From positions 55,162-119,161 of the IMG/VR virus record IMGVR_UViG_3300044946_000175: 64,000 nt of DNA; one strand, written 5' to 3'. Each line of letters opens with the position of its first letter. Position 1 is the stretch's first letter. Position numbers and translations under genes: made by a program. Positions 39,956 through 47,165 of the stretch are shown here, piece after piece. The stretch is from a virus. The notes below the pieces were generated by a model. It was given only the letters and a program-made list of their open reading frames with translations. It had not been told where the DNA came from and ran no database searches.

Positions 39956-40023
39956 ATAAATCTTTTATTTTTCCGGCGGGAGCCTGGAAGACAAGGCGAT
40001 ATTATTGGATAAGGAGATCCATC

Positions 40024-41124
40024 GTGGCAAACGATACCATAGTCCGTGCTGTTACCATCGCCGCGAGCCGACCGCTTACTGGCGATTGGGCTGACTTCAA
40101 TAAAGCAATGGCAGCATGCTGGAGGTCGTCCACCAACGCGGCCAACTGGTGCATTACGGAGTTGTTCCGTCGCGACATTCCCAACGAGGCCAAGACTCCC
40201 GACGCGGTGAAGATGGGAAAGCAGAGCGACGGGCGATTTTACGCCTACGGCGAAGCCAAGAACCTGCCCTGGTTCTCCGAGTGGAGCGGTCAGAAGCAGT
40301 CGCTTAATATCGTTCTTCAGTATGCGCACAGGGAGTATCTGCGGCGTCGATTCGACGTGATGGTGCGGCACACTCAGTCCCTCTTGACCGTGCGGTATCC
40401 CTATCCGTTTCCGCTGGACGCCGATGTATGGAAATTGAGCTACAAGGCTGGCGACTTTCCCGTGGTTTCGTTCGCGCTGCCGGGACTGGGTAAAGTGGAT
40501 TTGCGCTTGAAGCGTCACGGGGATTTTCGGCGGCAACTGGCCATGCTGAAGCAGATACATGCGGGCACGGCAGCAAAGGGCGAAGCGGCGGTCTACAAGA
40601 ACTCAAAAGGCGATTTGTTAGTTAAGATTGTGGGGAAGTTCCCGCGCGTGGAGCGGTCGAAGGACAATCGAGTTCATGCCTGTGCGATGCACACCGATCC
40701 TGCTGCTTTATTGGTTGCCGAGATCGATGGGAGGCAACCGTGGATTCTGAACTGTGACCACTTTCGTCGTTGGCAGGCACAGCATCGAGACTTTCTACAA
40801 AGGACGCATGAGGATTTGAAGCGAGAGAAGCGAATGGATCGCCGCCAGCGAGAACAACTCAACAAGGTACGGGAGGAGAGATGCCGCAAGCACAACGACA
40901 AGCTGAAGACGGCGATTCATTCTGTTTCGAAGCAGGTCGTTCGCTTCATGGAGAGGAATCAGGTCGCGACTTTGGCATACGATGACGCGAATAAAGAGTT
41001 CATCCCGGATGGTTTCCCGTGGCATATGCTGAAAGAACAACTACGCTACAAGCTGACCGGGATGGGAGTGGAGTTCATCACTACTAACGATATCGAAAGG
41101 AACAAGACAAAGGAAATAGAGTAG
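40024..41124 (+). CDS. compact TnpB/Cas12f-like type V effector, predicted nuclease-dead and C-terminally truncated
   Basis: GTG start after AAGGAG; RuvC-I-like CAMHTDP, Arg-rich bridge helix ending IHSVSKQVV, RuvC-II-like TLAYDD, FPWHMLKEQLRYKL..MGVEF then stop; adjacent CRISPR arrays. Confidence 0.8.
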   Translation: MANDTIVRAVTIAASRPLTGDWADFNKAMAACWRSSTNAANWCITELFRRDIPNEAKTPDAVKMGKQSDGRFYAYGEAKNLPWFSEWSGQKQSLNIVLQYAHREYLRRRFDVMVRHTQSLLTVRYPYPFPLDADVWKLSYKAGDFPVVSFALPGLGKVDLRLKRHGDFRRQLAMLKQIHAGTAAKGEAAVYKNSKGDLLVKIVGKFPRVERSKDNRVHACAMHTDPAALLVAEIDGRQPWILNCDHFRRWQAQHRDFLQRTHEDLKREKRMDRRQREQLNKVREERCRKHNDKLKTAIHSVSKQVVRFMERNQVATLAYDDANKEFIPDGFPWHMLKEQLRYKLTGMGVEFITTNDIERNKTKEIE

Positions 41125-41128
41125 ACCA

Positions 41129-41235
41129 TGTGCTTTTGCCAAGCGCGGCTGCAATGGGCACTATTACCAGTGCGTAATAGGTCGCTCGCAGAACGCCGGA
41201 AACACTGGTCCAGAAGAAGGCGAACAGCCACGGCT
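41129..41235 (+). ncRNA. tracr/omega-like scaffold RNA, copy 1
   Basis: close copy of 42201-42307 with compensatory stem changes; fused to first repeat. Confidence 0.75.
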
Positions 41236-41786
41236 CTGGAGAGACCTTTGGAATCTGAAGGAGCCCGCAAGGGAATCTGAAGTGAAGGTGCAAGCAAGCC
41301 AAAAAACTTACCAATGGGATCTGAAGGTGTAAGCAAGATCTTGTCGTGCATCTTGTATCCGACGGTCGTTTTCCGGAGAGACTTTCGGGATCTGAAGGAT
41401 CGAGCAAGACTAGATTGGGCTTGCAGAGTTCAGATCAGAGGAGCCTTCGGAATCTGAAGGAACTTGCAAGGCTAAAATTTCAGCATTGCAAAATGTGAGA
41501 AAAATCACTCGGAGAGACCTCTGGGATCTAAAGGAACTTGCAAGACCAAACCATCGGCCCGACACCAGGGCAATCTTCCACCGGAGAGACCTCTGGGATC
41601 TAAAGGAACTTGCAAGCTGATACTCCAGAACTTTTAAAACTCTGCGAAGTTCTGGCCGGAGAGACCTTTGGAGTCTGAAGGAACTTGCAAGGTGAGCCGC
41701 CGAGATCCGGAGACATTGGAAGTGCTTGCCGGAAAGACCTTTGGGATCTGAAGGAGCCCGCAAGGGGATCTGAAGGTTCAAGCAAG
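41236..41786 (+). CRISPR. CRISPR array 1 (heterogeneous repeats)
   Basis: full repeats at 41236, 41373, 41435, 41509, 41581, 41656, 41729 plus half repeats at 41272, 41316, 41765; spacers 26-39 nt. Confidence 0.9.
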
Positions 41787-41854
41787 AGTGGCCCCGCTAG
41801 GAATATGCAAGTAAGGTGGTTTTTATCCATGACACCAAAAGGAGAGTTTCAATT

Positions 41855-42094
41855 ATGTCTTCTCGCGAAAGCAAAGTATCAGGCACTCAAGAGGCTGGCC
41901 GCGCATCGGTCCAGACACCGATTGAAGTCGCATCCGGCGGTCTCAATACGTTCCAAGATCATTCGCGCATGTCGAGTGCGTTGATGGTTGAATTGCTCAA
42001 TGGCAATTTGCGGAGCAAGAAAGCCAATACAGCCTGTCGAATCGGAAACTATGGGCTGCGCGCTCTGGAGGGTGCTGCCGAAGAGCGGAACTGA
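41855..42094 (+). CDS. small protein between the two CRISPR arrays
   Basis: 79 aa, AAGGAG RBS. Confidence 0.65.
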   Translation: MSSRESKVSGTQEAGRASVQTPIEVASGGLNTFQDHSRMSSALMVELLNGNLRSKKANTACRIGNYGLRALEGAAEERN

Positions 42095-42200
42095 AACAGG
42101 GGTCTGGCAGTTATTCAGGCCACTTTTTGCGAGTGGTGAAGTGGTGAACAGATCACTGGTAACCGCTCGCGCAATCCTAACAGGAGATACACAGTGACTT

Positions 42201-42307
42201 TGCGCTTTTGCCGAGCGCGGCTGCAATGAGCACACTCATCAACGCATGAGTGGCCGCTCGCAGAACGCCGGAAACACTGGTCCAGAAGAAGGCGAATAGC
42301 CACGGCT
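42201..42307 (+). ncRNA. tracr/omega-like scaffold RNA, copy 2
   Basis: see copy 1; preceded by CAGGAGATACA (family-B promoter variant). Confidence 0.75.
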
Positions 42308-43041
42308 CTGGAGAGACCTTTGGAATCTTGAAGGTGCAAGCAAGGTGTGACATTGAAGATGGTTCCGTTTTTGACTTTGACATCCGGAAAGATCTTTGGG
42401 ATCTAAAGGAACTTGCAAGGCCTCGTCTCGGGGATTGGGTTTACGCTGGTTGGTTCACCGGAAAGACCTTTGGGATCTAAAGGAACTTGCAAGCGATCGT
42501 GCTCGACTCACCTGTCGGACCAAGCTTGCCGGAAAGACCTTTGGGATCTAAAGGAACTTGCAAGCTGCACGGGAATCTGTGACAGCCGCCGGAAGTTTCC
42601 CGGAAAGACCTTTGGGATCTAAAGGAACTTGCAAGGAGTCGTCTCACGTTGAAGGATCGGCACGAGATAAACCGGAAAGACCTTTGGGATCTAAAGGAAC
42701 TTGCAAGACCGAGTAACACCATCAGCGGGAACGGGCCGTCGGGCTCCGGAAAGACCTTTGGGATCTAAAGGAACTTGCAAGTACCAAACGGTTCGATTGA
42801 GGCTTCCACAGTGGACCGGAAAGACCTTTAGGATCTGAAGGAACTTGCAAGCCATCCATGAAGTCTTTGATGCCTTCATCGTCTTTCCGGAAAGACCTTT
42901 GGGATCTAAAGGAACTTGCAAGGTGACAGAGTATCCCGGAGTGAGTGCTCGGAAAGACCTTTTGGATCTAAAGGAACTAGCAAGCTGTAAGGCCCCTCAA
43001 TGAGGACCGAAAATACTTTTGGAGTCTGAGGAATTTGCAAT
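42308..43041 (+). CRISPR. CRISPR array 2, 11 repeats / 10 spacers
   Basis: consensus CCGGAAAGACCTTTGGGATCTAAAGGAACTTGCAAG; spacers 39,38,35,35,36,38,34,35,26,22 nt; degenerate terminal repeat 43007-43041. Confidence 0.97.
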
Positions 43042-43088
43042 AATATAAAGGAAGGAGAAGACAAAATCATTTTTGAGGAAAATGAATA

Positions 43089-43874
43089 ATGGCACGTCCG
43101 AAGAAGGGGTTCTCGAAAGCAGGCAAGCGTCTGGGTAGGCCGGTGGGGACAAAGAACAAACATAAGAAGCGGAATATTCCTGTTCCGCCTCCTCCCGATG
43201 CGCCCATCGATCCGAACACGCCTCCAGAAGATCGTCCTCTCTCGCCCACCGAGCGGATGTTCGTGGGTCGCTATCTGGTGAACAACAACGCAACTCGTTC
43301 GTACCAGGAGGTATACCAGTGCAGTTACGGCAACGCGAACAAGGAAGGTCCGTTGATGCTCCGCCGCCCCAATGTGGCCAAGGAGATCCGCTGCGCCACG
43401 GAAGCGGTGATGCAAAAGTTTCGGTTAAACAACGAGGATGTGATCCAGGAACTTATTCGGGTTGCCTTTTCCGATCTGGTCTGCGTGGAGAGTGCGTTTG
43501 GTGATTTCCTGCGCCTGTCGCAAATTCCCACGCAGGAGCGCCGGGCCATTCAGTCGTGTAAATTTCGCACGCGATCTATTTCGAGGAAGAAGGGACCGCC
43601 GATAGTGGAGACCACTATCGAGTATAAGATGCACAAAAAGGTGGACGCTTTGGGTCTGCTTGCGTCTTATCTGGGAATCCGCAAGACCGGTATTCCCGAT
43701 TTTGAAGCGTTCTTGGCTCTGCTGCCGACAGAAGTCGCGCAGCAACTCAAGGACATGATCTCCAAGACAATGAAAGAAAAGACCGAAGCTTCGAAGAATG
43801 GGCATGTTGATGAGTTGCCTTCTACTTCTCCGGTCAAGACGGAGGTGGCCGTTCCCCCTGTCGAAACCCCGTAA
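43089..43874 (+). CDS. terS: terminase small subunit
   Basis: LSPTERMFV..YL...NATRSY...L..PNV..EI...VIQEL.RVAFSD...K.DAL.LLA.YLG. Confidence 0.85.
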   Translation: MARPKKGFSKAGKRLGRPVGTKNKHKKRNIPVPPPPDAPIDPNTPPEDRPLSPTERMFVGRYLVNNNATRSYQEVYQCSYGNANKEGPLMLRRPNVAKEIRCATEAVMQKFRLNNEDVIQELIRVAFSDLVCVESAFGDFLRLSQIPTQERRAIQSCKFRTRSISRKKGPPIVETTIEYKMHKKVDALGLLASYLGIRKTGIPDFEAFLALLPTEVAQQLKDMISKTMKEKTEASKNGHVDELPSTSPVKTEVAVPPVETP

Positions 43875-43918
43875 ATGAAAATTTAAATTTTGCCTTTTAA
43901 ACATCGGAGGAAAACAAA

Positions 43919-44131
43919 ATGCATGACGATCATGACGAGTTCGATGAAGGCGATGCGCGGATGCAGCGGGAGTTCAACGATAAGATGATGGTGATCGGTG
44001 AGCGGAACAACAAAGCCTGCCATGCGCTCCGATACGTGGAGTGTTTTGGCGGAGAGAAGATGGACGATAAGGAACGGAGAGTCCACGAGGCGGCACTGGA
44101 CGTCCTGCTCGATTACTTCAAGAGGGATTGA
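43919..44131 (+). CDS. hypothetical protein
   Basis: 70 aa, GGAGG RBS. Confidence 0.6.
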   Translation: MHDDHDEFDEGDARMQREFNDKMMVIGERNNKACHALRYVECFGGEKMDDKERRVHEAALDVLLDYFKRD

Positions 44132-44544
44132 GTGTGGCCGAGAAGAACTTCGATCCGCAGGGCGGCGTGCCGTGGGAACCCAAGTATCCGGAATTCGCCG
44201 TACCGCACACGCCGGAGTCGGCTGGTGTCAAGGACGAACTCGATGAGTCTGGTAAGGAATGGACACCGGCCCCGTCCACGTCTCACCTGGAGGGATTCCG
44301 GTACTTTCCTGGTAATACTCGCTTTGCTCAACTGTTCTTGAACGGGCGATCTGAGATCCAGGTACGGTTCCGTCCCAAAGGCAAGACGCCGATGACTGAA
44401 TATCACTACTGGCCTTCTGATGTTCATGAGGCCGACCTGTGGTGGTTCAAGCTCTCATCGGCTGATTCTCCTGGGGAGGTCATTCAGGAGATGATCAAGG
44501 CGCAGATTCCGTATCGGAAAGCGGCAATCGGGAGCATGGGTTGA
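44128..44544 (+). CDS. KTSC-like hypothetical protein
   Basis: S.SHL..FRY...I.VRF......EY.Y......W..L..A.SPG. Confidence 0.5.
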   Translation: MSVAEKNFDPQGGVPWEPKYPEFAVPHTPESAGVKDELDESGKEWTPAPSTSHLEGFRYFPGNTRFAQLFLNGRSEIQVRFRPKGKTPMTEYHYWPSDVHEADLWWFKLSSADSPGEVIQEMIKAQIPYRKAAIGSMG

Positions 44545-44930
44545 TTTTTCAATTAAATCCAACGATTCCACTGGACACGATTCGAGGAAAAGGATTTGCC
44601 CATTTTATACTCGATCTTAGCCAGGAGCACCGAACGCTCTTTGGTGTATTCTTGAACGCGTGCGGGTCTTTCTGGTGGATCGATCAGCGAGACGTGAAAC
44701 TGGAAAAGAACTGGAGTCTGGGAATCAGAATAGAGGAGTGTGAATTGTGTCAAAGTACGAACCAAAGGAATTCGGATGCACCTGTCTGCCATCCGCCGAA
44801 GAACACCCAGAACTCATTTGTATCGGTTGTCAAGCCAACCGAGCCATCGCCGAAGCCATGCAGGAAGCAGCCAAAGAAGCCGCTCAAGAAGTCCGCAAGA
44901 CCGACATCGCGGGCTTCAACGAAGTCATGA
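44541..44930 (+). CDS. hypothetical phage protein
   Basis: QLNPTIPLDT.RGKG.AHFILD.SQEH; 3' end overlaps next ORF. Confidence 0.5.
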   Translation: MIFQLNPTIPLDTIRGKGFAHFILDLSQEHRTLFGVFLNACGSFWWIDQRDVKLEKNWSLGIRIEECELCQSTNQRNSDAPVCHPPKNTQNSFVSVVKPTEPSPKPCRKQPKKPLKKSARPTSRASTKS

Positions 44931-45106
44931 GAACCAAATTAGTGATTACGAATGAAGACGATACAGTAAGTGGTAAGACGCTCTGGATCGAAACCCACGA
45001 AGGACATTTCGTCATGGTGGGGATGATCAAGGCTTTAGAGTGGGAGCGGCGCAAGCAGCGATTGGAGAGGGCGAAGTCCTTGGGACAGATTACTTGCTCG
45101 ATATAG
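44747..45106 (+). CDS. hypothetical protein
   Basis: GAGGAG RBS upstream. Confidence 0.45.
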   Translation: MSKYEPKEFGCTCLPSAEEHPELICIGCQANRAIAEAMQEAAKEAAQEVRKTDIAGFNEVMRTKLVITNEDDTVSGKTLWIETHEGHFVMVGMIKALEWERRKQRLERAKSLGQITCSI

Positions 45107-45292
45107 GGGAGTTGGTGTGGAAATCGAGACGATTTACAAAACGACCGATGTGTTCGGTAGTGTGCGAGTCAGGAGAGCCTCGCACGGCGCCGTTTCTGTT
45201 GAAAGAGTGGGTAAGTCTGTTGTGAACATTGTTCAGCTTTCCAATGAACAAGCTCTGGAGATTGCGAGACTTATTATCGAGAAGGCAAAAGT

Positions 45293-45493
45293 GTGACACA
45301 AAAACAGGTAGATGAGTTCCTTGCGGCATTGAAGATTGTGCGCAAAAAGGAGCCTGGATTCTGCTGTTTGGTCGATATGCTGATCGCCGACCATTCGCAG
45401 TTGCAGACAGAACACGTAGAACTGATCGAAATTAAGAACAATCTGGTGCGGGAGAACTGGGAGTTGGTCGATAAACTGAAGACAAAACAATGA
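45293..45493 (+). CDS. hypothetical protein
   Basis: GAAGGCAAAA before GTG start. Confidence 0.5.
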   Translation: MTQKQVDEFLAALKIVRKKEPGFCCLVDMLIADHSQLQTEHVELIEIKNNLVRENWELVDKLKTKQ

Positions 45494-46140
45494 CTCATGT
45501 TGCAATACCGACTGATCTGACCAAAATCGTCTGCCCGTTTACCGAGAGGGAGATACTTGGCGATTTCTTGCGTCCTTGCGATGCCGATGCTTATTACATG
45601 GGACATGGTGTTGGGGAATGGTACTACTATCTCGGTTTCACTTATCGACCCAAGACGATCCTCGAATTGGGCACACGATGGGGCTATTCGCTTAAGGCGT
45701 TGTATGAGGGCAGTCGAGCAGGAGAGGGGGCAAGCAATTCGCCGTCCGATTACCGTCTTTATTCATTCGACAGCGAAGTAGATTGTCCTGGTTCGTGTCA
45801 GTACGTGCGCGACAAGTTCGCGCAGATGAATCTCGCGATCAGCGTTCAGTGCTTCAAGATCAATCTGCGTGACATCCCCGACGATTTAGGCATCGGGGAA
45901 CTAGTCGATCTGGCGCATGTCGATGCCGATCACAGCATCGAAGGCACGTACCAGGATTGCCATCTGGCATACAGATACGTCAGATCCGGCGGGGTAATGG
46001 TGATCGACGATATGAAAGAGTCAGCAACCGGAGGGCCGACGACTCGAACCGGAGCAGATCGTTTCCTTGCCGAGATAGGTTGTCGCGGTTGCGCATACTT
46101 CGATACTTATCGCGGTCATTACGTTCTCATTAAGGACTGA
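45490..46140 (+). CDS. class I SAM-dependent methyltransferase (Methyltransf_24-like)
   Basis: ILELGTRWGYS, DLAHVDADHS.EG...D, GGVMVIDD. Confidence 0.85.
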   Translation: MTHVAIPTDLTKIVCPFTEREILGDFLRPCDADAYYMGHGVGEWYYYLGFTYRPKTILELGTRWGYSLKALYEGSRAGEGASNSPSDYRLYSFDSEVDCPGSCQYVRDKFAQMNLAISVQCFKINLRDIPDDLGIGELVDLAHVDADHSIEGTYQDCHLAYRYVRSGGVMVIDDMKESATGGPTTRTGADRFLAEIGCRGCAYFDTYRGHYVLIKD

Positions 46141-46150
46141 AGGCAAAACA

Positions 46151-46558
46151 ATGAATAAACAGCCCAAACATAACGATATAATCGTTCATTGCGGTCACTT
46201 TGGACCAGAAAGTAAAAACTCTTATTTTTACGATCAGGGTCCGGGCGCGGAGTTTGGTCGCCCCGACGGTACGAGGGGGACGGCTCAGTGGTTTGTAGTC
46301 TGTAAGGACTGTTACGATAAGACTCAGGGTGACATAAGGAAGGTTCCGGTTGCTGGCGATACGAGATTGGTATTGGATAACGGCTTACTTAAACCAGAAG
46401 TAATGAAGACGAGCACTTCTGACGAGAAGCGATGTCCTATTTGCGGAAAAGAAATGGTTTGGGCAGAAGTACCACAAGAAAACGAGTCGGGAGTTTTGAT
46501 GGCTAATACATGGGTATGTACTAGCTGTGCGAGTTCAGCCATATCGGAGCAACAATGA
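46151..46558 (+). CDS. HCGH...CxxC domain + Zn-ribbon protein
   Basis: paralog of central domain of 39161-39955. Confidence 0.65.
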   Translation: MNKQPKHNDIIVHCGHFGPESKNSYFYDQGPGAEFGRPDGTRGTAQWFVVCKDCYDKTQGDIRKVPVAGDTRLVLDNGLLKPEVMKTSTSDEKRCPICGKEMVWAEVPQENESGVLMANTWVCTSCASSAISEQQ

Positions 46559-46878
46559 TTACTCGTTTTGACTGCAAGTGCATTCGAGTCGATTGTTTGA
46601 AGTGTGAAGGCAATCGATTGATTGAGAGGGCTGTCGCTGAAGAAAGACGAAGTCTCCAGGCCGAATTCAACAGTCGAATTCTCTTTGGTGTCATGACTGT
46701 TCTCAATCCCGAAGCTGCTGTTCCATCAATGGAAATTCGAATGGAGCGAATGGAAGGTGGGTGGGAGACAATCGGTCAGATCAACGTAGATGAGTGGATC
46801 AAGCGAAGAGACAGGTATTTGCGTAGTATTGGGAGAATTGAAGCTGAACCTGTGTCGGAGTTGGCTGGTCTGTCGTAA
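46555..46878 (+). CDS. hypothetical protein
   Basis: 107 aa, coupled. Confidence 0.55.
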   Translation: MITRFDCKCIRVDCLKCEGNRLIERAVAEERRSLQAEFNSRILFGVMTVLNPEAAVPSMEIRMERMEGGWETIGQINVDEWIKRRDRYLRSIGRIEAEPVSELAGLS

Positions 46879-46889
46879 GGAGGGATGCG

Positions 46890-47153
46890 ATGAGCGAGCG
46901 GGCGTATAAAGTTGTGGTGGATGGTGAAGATTATAGTTTTCATTATAGTCTTCCAGTTGAGTATTTGCCTGTGGCTGTTGAGGCAATCAAGGCTGCTGAT
47001 AAGGTTCGTGAACTGATTGAAGCATTGCCTTTGGCGCATCGGGGAGAGGTCATTCTCGTTGCCGCAGAGGCTATTCGCAGGGGGTATTGTTCCCTTTGCG
47101 GCAAACCTCCTGAATGGGGTGGAGAGAAATGTCAGTGCGGGAACGATGAATAA
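46890..47153 (+). CDS. hypothetical protein
   Basis: C-terminal YC..CG......CQC.NDE motif. Confidence 0.6.
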   Translation: MSERAYKVVVDGEDYSFHYSLPVEYLPVAVEAIKAADKVRELIEALPLAHRGEVILVAAEAIRRGYCSLCGKPPEWGGEKCQCGNDE

Positions 47154-47165
47154 CGGAGAGATAAA

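Noticed and set aside
39952-41124. IS200/IS605 transposon interpretation of the TnpB-like gene
   Set aside because: No tnpA or recognisable IS ends; linkage to true arrays indicates domestication
41132-41140. Scaffold CTTTTGCC complementary to the genome-wide GGCAAAA motif
   Set aside because: Too short and already explained by intramolecular pairing
41046-42921. Many short ORFs on both strands across the arrays
   Set aside because: Translations of CRISPR repeats; only 41855-42094 has an RBS and non-repeat sequence
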